Positions 11,400 to 20,200 of a stretch of 64,000 nucleotides of DNA are shown here, piece by piece. Position 1 is the stretch's first letter; the number at the start of each line of letters is the position of its first letter. Under the pieces are notes generated by a model. It did no database searches. It saw only the letters and a list, made by a program, of their open reading frames with translations, and had not been told where the DNA came from. Source of the stretch: a virus (Duplodnaviria > Caudoviricetes). The stretch covers positions 96,001 through 160,000 of the IMG/VR virus record IMGVR_UViG_3300020463_000001; one strand, 5' to 3'. A program made the position numbers and the translations under genes.

Positions 11400-11831
11400 A
11401 TGTCTAACTCTACTATCCCAATTAGAGTTAATAAGGATGGCACAGGAAATACCGAGGGGCTCGCTGAATTTCAAACCGGCGAGCATATCGGACTGGAGCA
11501 TGGTGGAACTGGTGGATCTAATGCCGCCGAAGCGAGAACTAATCTAGAACTTGCCAGTATTGCTACAACTTCAGATTATATAGATCTGATTAATAAACCA
11601 GTATTAAGAACATTTAGATATGTTATTAATAGTGCTGCAAATCAGTGGGTCATCCAACATGACAAAGGAACTACTTCTTTTCATGAAAAACTTTTCGAAA
11701 CTGACGGAACCCCATTCATTGCTTATGTAGAAGTAATAGATTCTAATAGCTTTAAAGTACATCTTTCAGAAACAATTACTGGTTATGTCGATGTTATTTT
11801 CGATAATGTAGAATTATTGCCAGATAACTAA
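11400..11831 (+). CDS. Small virion/fibre-associated protein
   Basis: AGGAG RBS; N-terminus EF..GE.IG...GGTG...ARTNL resembles ORF 1574; C-terminal W.IQH module resembles the end of ORF 11931. Confidence 0.6.
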   Translation: MSNSTIPIRVNKDGTGNTEGLAEFQTGEHIGLEHGGTGGSNAAEARTNLELASIATTSDYIDLINKPVLRTFRYVINSAANQWVIQHDKGTTSFHEKLFETDGTPFIAYVEVIDSNSFKVHLSETITGYVDVIFDNVELLPDN

Positions 11832-11850
11832 CCTTAAAATTAAATTATTT

Positions 11851-11858
11851 TATAAATA
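11851..11858 (+). promoter_or_regulatory. T4-type late promoter
   Basis: Intergenic TATAAATA upstream of ORF 11931. Confidence 0.85.
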
Positions 11859-11930
11859 GAACACTGTCGATTCGAGTTACCGGATCATTTAATTTTGCAA
11901 AAATAAATCTTTTTAACAGAGAGGAAAAAA

Positions 11931-14504
11931 ATGTCTAATAAGTATATTAAATTTCATGGCATTAAGCTTGCAGACAATTCAGTAATCGAAAGTTTACGAA
12001 TTGAGCAGGTGGCTGCCGACCCTACACCAGCATCCGCTGGTCGTTTGTGGTATAATACTACTGAAAAAGTATTTAAGTTCTCCAGTTTAGACGGAAGCGA
12101 TCAAGTCGTAGTACGTCAAGCGGTTACACTCACAGAGATGACAGCGGCAATTGCAGTAGAAACATCTGCTAGAATTGCGGACGTTAATGCTGAAGAATCC
12201 GCGAGACAATCTGCTGACGCGGCGATTCAATCTGAACTAGACGCCACACAAACTGGTGCTGGTCTATCTGCTGACGGCTCGTTAGCCAGTCACAGTGGAA
12301 CAAACTATATTGACAGTGCAACAACCCTTAAAGGGACTGACGCATTGTTGGATGCTGCGATTAAAGCAGTATCAGACGAAATCAACACTAGCCAATCTGG
12401 CACAGGGTTGAACTCAGACGGTACTTATACCGCTGATGGTTCGTCAAACTATATTTCTGGTGCAACCTCATTAAAGAATGCAGATTCTTTATTGGATGCC
12501 CAGATCAAGACAAATGCTGATGCGATTACTTCAGAAGCAACTTCAAGAGCTTCTGCAGACAGCGCAAACGCAACGTCTATTGGAAATGTACAATCTGAGT
12601 TGGATGCAACTCAAACAGGTGCTGGACTTGGTGCCGATGGTGCGTATAGTGCTAATGGTGCTACTACTTACCTCACAGGTGCAACTTCATTGGTTTCTGC
12701 CGATGAAGCATTAGATAGCGCTGTTGCTGCAGTTCAGTCTGAATTAGATGCAACACAAACTGGTGCTGGTCTTGGAACAGGTGGTGCTTACACTGCAAAT
12801 GGTTCTACGAACTATCTTGCTTCTGCGACTTCATTGGTATCTGCTGACGAAGCTCTTGATGCACAGATTAAGTCTGTTGCTGATTCAGTTGCTGGTTCCG
12901 TATCTAGTGGTATCACAGGACTTCAATCAGAAGTTGATGCCATAGAAAACGCAGTAGGTCTTGCTGCTGATGGATCGTTTGTATCATACAGTGGTACTAA
13001 CTATCTTGACTCAACAACATCTATGAAGACTGCTGACGAAGCACTTGACAGTGCAACTAAGGCAGTATCTGATGTTGCTGACGCTGCAGTAGTGAGAGCT
13101 GGTGATACGATGGGTGGTACTCTGAATATGAGCACCAACAAAATCACTAACTTGCCTACTCCTTCTGACGATGCGGATGCTGCGACTAAGGGTTATGTAG
13201 ACGCAACTGCTTCTGGTCTTGATGTTAAGGCATCAGTACGAGTTACTACAACAGGAAATGTAGACCTTTCAAGCGCACTCGCTAATGGTTCAACAGTTGA
13301 CGGTGTTACACTGTCAAGTGGTGACAGAGTACTTGTTAAGGATCAAACAGACGCATCTCAGAACGGTATCTATGTTGCTCAGGCATCTGGTGCTGCTGTA
13401 AGAGCTGCGGATTTTGATTCTGACCCAGAAGTTACTTCTGGTGCGTTCACATTCGTTGAAGAAGGTACTACAAACGCAAGCAACGGTTTCGTACTTGTAA
13501 GTGCAGATAACATCTCTGTTGGTTCTACCAACATGACGTTTGAGCAGTTCTCAGGTGCTGGACAAATCGAAGCTGGTGCTGGTATTAAGAAGAATGGTAA
13601 TGAACTATTCTTGTCATTTGGTGCTGGTGTTGTAGAACTACCTTCCGACGAAATCGGTCTAGACCTTGCGTCTGATTCTGGTTTGATGTTGTCACAAGAC
13701 GGTTCTAGTGCTTCAACTCATACTGATGCTACGCTTCAGATGAAGTTAGACGGTGCCACTCTTACAAAGACGGCCTCTGGTGTTAGAGTTGCTGCTTCAA
13801 TAGTCAGTGACATTTCTACACTTCAGTCTGATGCTACTAGTCTCCAATCTGAATTGGATGCTACTCAGACAGGTGCTGGTCTTGGAACAGACGGTTCATA
13901 CAGTGCAAATGGTTCTACCAACTATCTTGCTTCTGCTACATCATTGGTTTCTGCTGACGAAGCTCTTGATGCACAAATCAAGTCTGTTGCAGATTCAGTT
14001 GCCGGTTCAGTATCTAGTGGTATCACAGGACTTCAAACAGAAGTTGATGCTGTAGAAACCGCTGCTGGTCTGAATGCAGATGGTACGTTCTCTGCTCACA
14101 GTGGAACAAACTATCTTGATTCTGCGACAACGATGAAGGAAGTAGACGCTGCACTAGATTCACAACTTGCATCTAGTACTGCTGAGTTAGACTCACTGAT
14201 CTCTGATGTTGAGGGTGACCTCTCAACAGAAACTGCTGCTAGAATTTCTGGTGACAGTGCGATCAGATCTGCCGTAAACTCTACGAAGTTTACCTTCCAG
14301 TCTACATCAACAGCTACGACTCACACAGTTTCTCACAACTTGAACTCCAACTTCTTGGTTGTACAAGTTATGGTACTGGGTGATGACGGATTGTATGCTA
14401 ACGATCTCGTACCTGTAGAAGAGACTGACGCAAATACTCTTACTTGCTACTTAACAGAAGCAAGACACGTTAGAGTATCTGTAATGTCAATGTCAGATAT
14501 CTAA
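11931..14504 (+). CDS. Repeat-rich fibre protein (head/collar or tail fibre; segmented coiled coil)
   Basis: Seven ~48-aa QSELDATQTGAGL...TNYL..ATSL..AD.ALD repeats; ITNL..P....DAATKGYVD neck motif; GLDVKASVRV...GDRVLVKDQT..SQNGIY fibre domain. Confidence 0.75.
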   Translation: MSNKYIKFHGIKLADNSVIESLRIEQVAADPTPASAGRLWYNTTEKVFKFSSLDGSDQVVVRQAVTLTEMTAAIAVETSARIADVNAEESARQSADAAIQSELDATQTGAGLSADGSLASHSGTNYIDSATTLKGTDALLDAAIKAVSDEINTSQSGTGLNSDGTYTADGSSNYISGATSLKNADSLLDAQIKTNADAITSEATSRASADSANATSIGNVQSELDATQTGAGLGADGAYSANGATTYLTGATSLVSADEALDSAVAAVQSELDATQTGAGLGTGGAYTANGSTNYLASATSLVSADEALDAQIKSVADSVAGSVSSGITGLQSEVDAIENAVGLAADGSFVSYSGTNYLDSTTSMKTADEALDSATKAVSDVADAAVVRAGDTMGGTLNMSTNKITNLPTPSDDADAATKGYVDATASGLDVKASVRVTTTGNVDLSSALANGSTVDGVTLSSGDRVLVKDQTDASQNGIYVAQASGAAVRAADFDSDPEVTSGAFTFVEEGTTNASNGFVLVSADNISVGSTNMTFEQFSGAGQIEAGAGIKKNGNELFLSFGAGVVELPSDEIGLDLASDSGLMLSQDGSSASTHTDATLQMKLDGATLTKTASGVRVAASIVSDISTLQSDATSLQSELDATQTGAGLGTDGSYSANGSTNYLASATSLVSADEALDAQIKSVADSVAGSVSSGITGLQTEVDAVETAAGLNADGTFSAHSGTNYLDSATTMKEVDAALDSQLASSTAELDSLISDVEGDLSTETAARISGDSAIRSAVNSTKFTFQSTSTATTHTVSHNLNSNFLVVQVMVLGDDGLYANDLVPVEETDANTLTCYLTEARHVRVSVMSMSDI
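12735..14050 (+). repeat. Intragenic direct repeat, 206 bp, copies 12735-12940 and 13845-14050
   Basis: Manual alignment gives 21 mismatches in 206 nt (~90%); offset 1110 bp, in frame. Confidence 0.9.
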
Positions 14505-14521
14505 TACATATCTATAGTGAT

Positions 14522-14550
14522 AAAAGGGGGAGCATTGCTCCCCTTTTTTT
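14522..14550 (+). terminator. Rho-independent terminator
   Basis: GGGGAGC-att-GCTCCCC stem followed by a T tract and preceded by an A tract. Confidence 0.9.
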
Positions 14551-14570
14551 ATATTCTTTTAAAAATATAT

Positions 14571-14578
14571 TATAAATA
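14571..14578 (+). promoter_or_regulatory. T4-type late promoter
   Basis: TATAAATA just after the terminator, before two small ORFs. Confidence 0.8.
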
Positions 14579-14606
14579 GAAGGTGAACATTCAAAAGGAA
14601 AGTTAA

Positions 14607-14813
14607 ATGGTTCCAATGAAACTATATAATATCCAGACAATGAAAAGTCCGGAAAGAGTGAAAGAGGCCATCGAAGAGGCGGTTAGTATTCTTAAACAAA
14701 ATTGTATTCTTGCAGATTTTAATGAGGACGATATTAGAGAAACATATTCTGAACATTTACGACTGGTAAAAAACTACTTAACTATATTGGAGTTGATGTT
14801 AGACGATGAGTAA
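14607..14813 (+). CDS. Hypothetical protein (68 aa)
   Basis: AAGGAA RBS, late promoter, helical composition. Confidence 0.55.
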   Translation: MVPMKLYNIQTMKSPERVKEAIEEAVSILKQNCILADFNEDDIRETYSEHLRLVKNYLTILELMLDDE

Positions 14814-15027
14814 AAGAACTGTACATGGCCCACAACTTCTTACATTTATAAGTAAGATAGAAAAGAACCTAGAAGACTTTAATTTTTATGATGCAAATTC
14901 TTCCAAGGAAGATAAAATGGCATATATCCGATATCAGAGAGAACTTTTTGATATCGCAGAAAGAGTTTTGGCTGGTAGTTTATATTTTGTTGGTACATCT
15001 CAAGAGGTAAGGGAAGTAAAAAGTTAG
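14806..15027 (+). CDS. Hypothetical protein (73 aa)
   Basis: Overlaps the previous ORF by 8 nt; GGAG upstream. Confidence 0.55.
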   Translation: MSKRTVHGPQLLTFISKIEKNLEDFNFYDANSSKEDKMAYIRYQRELFDIAERVLAGSLYFVGTSQEVREVKS

Positions 15028-15077
15028 AATTATTTCTAAATTAATTCTATTTTTGGGTTTTTTGAGACAACTAAAAT

Positions 15078-15085
15078 AATAAATA
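15078..15085 (+). promoter_or_regulatory. Variant late promoter AATAAATA
   Basis: One mismatch to TATAAATA; intergenic position before the fibre paralog cluster. Confidence 0.55.
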
Positions 15086-15146
15086 TACACATACAATTAC
15101 TTGATGAGACTAAATTAATTCTAATTTTCGCAAAGGAGATTCATAA

Positions 15147-16022
15147 ATGGCGGATTCAAATCTAAGCACTTCTATTGCTGCAGTACTTTCTAGAGGTCAA
15201 TCACTTATTTCAAGTGCAACCGCATCAGAACTTGCTGACATCACCGAAGCACTTAAAAAAATCAAAAAGACTGATGATGCAACAGCAGAAACTGCTGTCA
15301 ACGCAAGAGTAAGTTCGTTGTATTCTACTGCAACGATTGACGAAAAACTTAAATTATCCAGAGCTGTCGCAAATATGTTGGAAACAAAATTTGTAGATGG
15401 TATTCAATTTCCAGATGATACTGGATTATCCGATAGAATTCTAAAGACAACTGGTATGTCTACTCAATGGGCGAAAGTATCTTTATCTGATATGAATGCT
15501 CTATCTGGAACTCCTACCGCTGGAGATATTCTAGTTTATGATGCTAGTTCAACTGCATTTGTTTCTACTCCTGCCGATGCTGCAAAAATTCGATACTACG
15601 CAGACGCCGCAAGTCTCCCAACAGATGGTGAGAAGGGCGAACTAGTTCTTTGTGGTACAGACTTTAAATTCTATTGTGTTAAGAGTGTAACTCATAGTGT
15701 AACTGCAGTAACTGGTGCATATGTTATCAATTCAGAGAATAATCCTGCGTTGACTTTCTATAGAGGAAGCACATACACATTCGCACTTGATGGAACTTCA
15801 ACATCAACTCATCCATTCTATTTTGCGACAAGCAATGCAGGAAGTTATACTGGAGAGTATACGACTGGAGTGACTAATTCAAGAGCAACATCAGGAAGTG
15901 TAACGATCACAGTTCCTTCTGACGCTCCGGATACTTTATACTATCAGTGTGGAAATCACTCATCAATGGTGGGAACTATTACCGTTGCGGGGCCTTGGGT
16001 CGAAGTAACGGCTGCAAACTAA
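15147..16022 (+). CDS. Fibre-family paralog (A-type N-terminus) with C-terminal cupredoxin-like domain
   Basis: MADSNLSTSI helical N-terminus shared with the family; HPFY...YYQCGNHSSMVG motif. Confidence 0.7.
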   Translation: MADSNLSTSIAAVLSRGQSLISSATASELADITEALKKIKKTDDATAETAVNARVSSLYSTATIDEKLKLSRAVANMLETKFVDGIQFPDDTGLSDRILKTTGMSTQWAKVSLSDMNALSGTPTAGDILVYDASSTAFVSTPADAAKIRYYADAASLPTDGEKGELVLCGTDFKFYCVKSVTHSVTAVTGAYVINSENNPALTFYRGSTYTFALDGTSTSTHPFYFATSNAGSYTGEYTTGVTNSRATSGSVTITVPSDAPDTLYYQCGNHSSMVGTITVAGPWVEVTAAN

Positions 16023-16046
16023 TAAGAAATATAACGGAGAAAAGGA

Positions 16047-16637
16047 ATGTCATATTTAGATAGCGCATTAGACGCAGCAAGACTTACAATGGTTGCTGAC
16101 ATCGAAGCACAAGTCTCTACCGCAAACAAAGATGACCTCTTGAAATATGCAAGAATGGTCAAGAATCTAAGAGAAACTGATAATGTAACAATCGAAACAT
16201 TAATCAACGCAAGATTAGAATCACTTCTTTCTACGGAAGATGATGTCGATACTCTTTTAGATCTCTCTGACAGTTTGTCAAAGGTACTGGACTTGGTTCA
16301 ACCTAACACAGAAACAGGAAGAGAACTTCCTACACAATCCGGTAACGGTGGTAAGTATCTTACAACAGACGGAACAAACGTCTCTTGGGGAACACCAGCA
16401 TTATCAGATGTTTCTGATTTAACCAGTGTTTCTGACGGCGAAGTTCCAGTTTATACTGGTTCTGGATTTACCGGAGAAAGCTTAGTAAACAAAACTGTCG
16501 CTGCAGAATACAACTCAGTCGCTGGTTTGCCCGCAAGTGCAAGCAATGGTGACTTTGCATATGTTCTAGAGAACAGTAACATTTATTATTGGAATGGAAC
16601 TGCATGGACTGCATTTGGTTCATTTGTAGCTTCCTAA
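16047..16637 (+). CDS. Short fibre-family paralog (A-type, no head domain)
   Basis: Helical N-terminal module, LPTQSGNGGKYLTTDGTNVSWG linker, LP...GD.AYV....YYWNGT.W end motif. Confidence 0.7.
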   Translation: MSYLDSALDAARLTMVADIEAQVSTANKDDLLKYARMVKNLRETDNVTIETLINARLESLLSTEDDVDTLLDLSDSLSKVLDLVQPNTETGRELPTQSGNGGKYLTTDGTNVSWGTPALSDVSDLTSVSDGEVPVYTGSGFTGESLVNKTVAAEYNSVAGLPASASNGDFAYVLENSNIYYWNGTAWTAFGSFVAS

Positions 16638-16665
16638 TAAGACAAAATAACGAGGGATAAAAGAC

Positions 16666-17205
16666 ATGGCAGATTCAAATTTACAAAACGCAATCGGCGC
16701 GATGAAAACAAAAATTCGTGCAGAAGTCGGTGGTGCGGATGTAGATAATGTATTAAAGTTGTCTAGGGCTGCAAAGAATACAGGTTTGGATACAGACGGA
16801 GATGTTGAGGGAGATTTCAACATTAGAGCGTTGTCTCTATCCACAACTGCTACTGCAGGCGAAGTAGACAAGTTAAGTAGAGGAATTAAGAAACTTATCA
16901 CAAGAGATGTAGATACAGGTGGAGTCCAGATCAGTAGTTCTGATGACGTTCCAGCTGGTTCTTCAAACCAATACTTTTCTCAGGGTGGAGCAAGAGCATT
17001 AGTCCAGACTAGTGGAGACGTAAGTTATAATTCAGTAACTGGTGAATTTTCTTTCACTGCCCCAGCGGGTGGTTTGACAGTTTACGCAAATTCATCAGAA
17101 TTACCTTTGAGTGGAAATAACGCAGGCGATCAGGCACTAGTTACTTCTACAAACAGACTGTACATCTTCACAGGATCAGGATGGTATAGCGTACCAGTAT
17201 CTTAA
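16666..17205 (+). CDS. Short fibre-family paralog (B/C-type, no head domain)
   Basis: Helical N-terminal module, GSSNQY...GDVSY...LTVYA...LP...GDQALV...LYIFTGSGW motif shared with ORFs 22179 and 24195. Confidence 0.7.
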   Translation: MADSNLQNAIGAMKTKIRAEVGGADVDNVLKLSRAAKNTGLDTDGDVEGDFNIRALSLSTTATAGEVDKLSRGIKKLITRDVDTGGVQISSSDDVPAGSSNQYFSQGGARALVQTSGDVSYNSVTGEFSFTAPAGGLTVYANSSELPLSGNNAGDQALVTSTNRLYIFTGSGWYSVPVS

Positions 17206-17260
17206 TATTTGGTTGGTTCCTTATACTGTCAATAACAAAGTAATTTAAGGGAGTTGCCGA

Positions 17261-20200
17261 ATGGCTGACGCACAACTATCAACGTCGATAACATCAATTA
17301 GCGAAAGAGCATCAGAGGTCGCCGTATCGGCCTCTGCGGATGAGTTACAGAAAATATCTAGAGTTGCTCCAAGTCTTGAACAATCAGAAAACGCAGCATT
17401 AGAAGTTGCAATCAACACCAGAGCAGCAGCAATTGCTGGAACTGCGTCTGCGTCTGACTTGAAGAAGATTGGAAAAGCAATCGGAAATATGTTGGAACCG
17501 CAAACTGCTTCTGTATCAGGAGAGTTTATTGGTTCTCAAACCAATCATTCTGGAAAATTCTTTTCTACAAATGGAACTGCGAAGAACTGGGGTGGAGTCA
17601 CTATGGGTGGTCTTCAACAGGTTCAGTTGTCTACAATAGAGAACGATCAGACACTTGTGTATAATAGTGTCAGCGGTAAATTTGAAAACTCTTCAAGAGC
17701 ATTTGATATTCCACAATACTCACTAACACAAAATCTACCAGCGTCTGCAAATGCTGGTGAAGTTGTTTTTGATGTTCAGTCATCTCAACTCAAATACTGG
17801 AACGGAACGGAATGGAAGGTTGCGGCGGTTGTTGCGACAGGTGGAACTGCTGGTGGAGTAACTTGGACAAGAGGGTCTAGTTTCAATATAGCACACCCAG
17901 AATCAAATTTGACTCCATCCTACGGTGGATGGGAGACTGGGCCAGCGACACAGGGCCCTCCTCGTATTGATGCATATGGAAATTATCTTGCGATAGCAGA
18001 TAGTTTTAATCAGTCAGACAATAGTGGCAATGCAAATGCCAGAAGAGGTAGAGTTTATATTTACGATATGTCAAACTCTTCTACTGTGCCAATAAGAACT
18101 TATAAATCAGAATCTATCAATTCCTATGATAGTCAAGAGTTCGGTAAAAGAATAAAGTTCTGGAAAAATCCATCCAATGATAAACTTTATGTTCTTATTT
18201 CGCTGCACGGCGCAACTCAAACGTATGCATTCAATGTAACCGATGGTTCTTTATCACCGGAATTTCAATTCGGAGGATATTCTAGTGGATTTAGTTCTCA
18301 GAATAAGGGAGTTATTACTCCAGACGGAAATTATTATATATTGCCTGGTGGGGCCCCTAGAGGAGTTTATGTATACGATTTGATTAATACTCAAACGACA
18401 CACAAATGGTTTGTTGGAAAGAATACCAGTAATGGCCAGGAGTTGCGTGATTATAACGGCATTTTTGTAGATGCATCTACAGGAAAACTCATTATTACGG
18501 ATCCATATGCTAATAGTAATACGGGCCAGGTCGAGATATATGACATATCTGATTTATCAACTCAGGCCCCGAATTTACTAGCGTCATATTATTTTGATAG
18601 TCCGTATGGCAGCGCATATTATGGTTATACTGCTGCATATGATCCAAGTTCACAATATTTATATCTTGGACATGATAGTAGTGGTGGTGGACAAGTTGAT
18701 AATCCTCCTGTATATGTTTATGATGTTTCTGCCCTTACATCAACGGATGGAGGGAAACACGCTTTACCTACTCCAGTAATTTCAATACCAAATCCCAGAG
18801 TGGATGAAAGTGGCAACGCATATCCAAAAAATTCTCATGTAGGCTGGACAAGAGGCGGAATTCACATCTTAAGTGATAGATTATATATCGCAGATAGTAG
18901 TGGAACTTCCAACGGCGCAGTAGGGAATGGTGTCATTCATGTATTCAATAAGTCTGACGGATCTCATTTAGAAACAATAGCAAATCCACATCCAGAACTG
19001 AGAGCAAGATTCGCAAGACAAGGTTTTGTTATTGGAGAAGATCCAGATTCAGACACTGCATATCTTATGGGAACAGCAAATGTTAATTCCGGAGCTGGCG
19101 AAGGACAATACTGGAATAATGAAACAGATTATATGGCAATGGGATATGTATTCACTAAAGATTCTGCATCCAGTGGTTCTGGAGAAAGTTCTAGTTCGCC
19201 CACATCGTCAATACAGTTCGATGGTTCGGATGATTACTTAACCGTAGATTTCCAATCAACTGTCATTTCTTCCAATGAAGAGTTTACTGTAGAATTTTGG
19301 ATTTCCCCAAATGATCTTGCTAACAATTATGGCAACGGATTATTGAACTTTACAAATAATTTGGGAACATATGAAAAGTTATTGTATATTTCTAGCACAG
19401 GAAATGTCTCTTTGTATAATAACGGAGATATTACATCCAACTCCGGAGGTGGTCTTACTGTAGATGGGTGGCACCATATTGCATTGACTAGACAATCTGA
19501 TAATTACATTAGAATTTATATTGATGGCCAATTAATAAATACATCGTCTAGTCAGTGGGATGTGGAATTACCAAGATATCTTGAAATAGGAAGGGTTAGT
19601 TCCACTACTGGATATTTTGATGGAGAGCTTGCAGATTTGCGTATCGTTAAAGGCACATCGGTCTATAACGCAAACTTCACTCCGACAACATCGCCACTAG
19701 GAGATGTCGCAGGAACATCACTACTAATATCTAGCAGCAACACTACAGATATTGTTGATGCGTCTTCATCTAATGAAACTATAACTGCATCCGGCAGTCC
19801 TACTGTTGTTACAGACACTCCATATACAGCATCTGGTGGTGGTTCTGAACAATCCTCTGAAAGTTCTGGAGAATCCACTCCGACAATTACATATAAGATG
19901 GTTGTGGGTGCGGATAGAGACGATGATAATGGTGGATTACAAACTGGATCTGTTTATGTATACGATCTAGATGGTTCTAATGAAGTCAAAATAACCGCAA
20001 GTGATGCTCAACAGGGGGATCAATTCGGAAGAGATGTGGCAACCGGAAACGATAAAATTGTAGTCGGTGCATATAAAGAAGATACTAGAGGTGACGCAGC
20101 AGGAAAGGCATACATTTACGATCTAGATGGAACTAATGAAGTCATATTGTGTCCTACCGATCTTTCCGCTGGTGACAATTTTGGTGTCGCGGTTGCGGCT

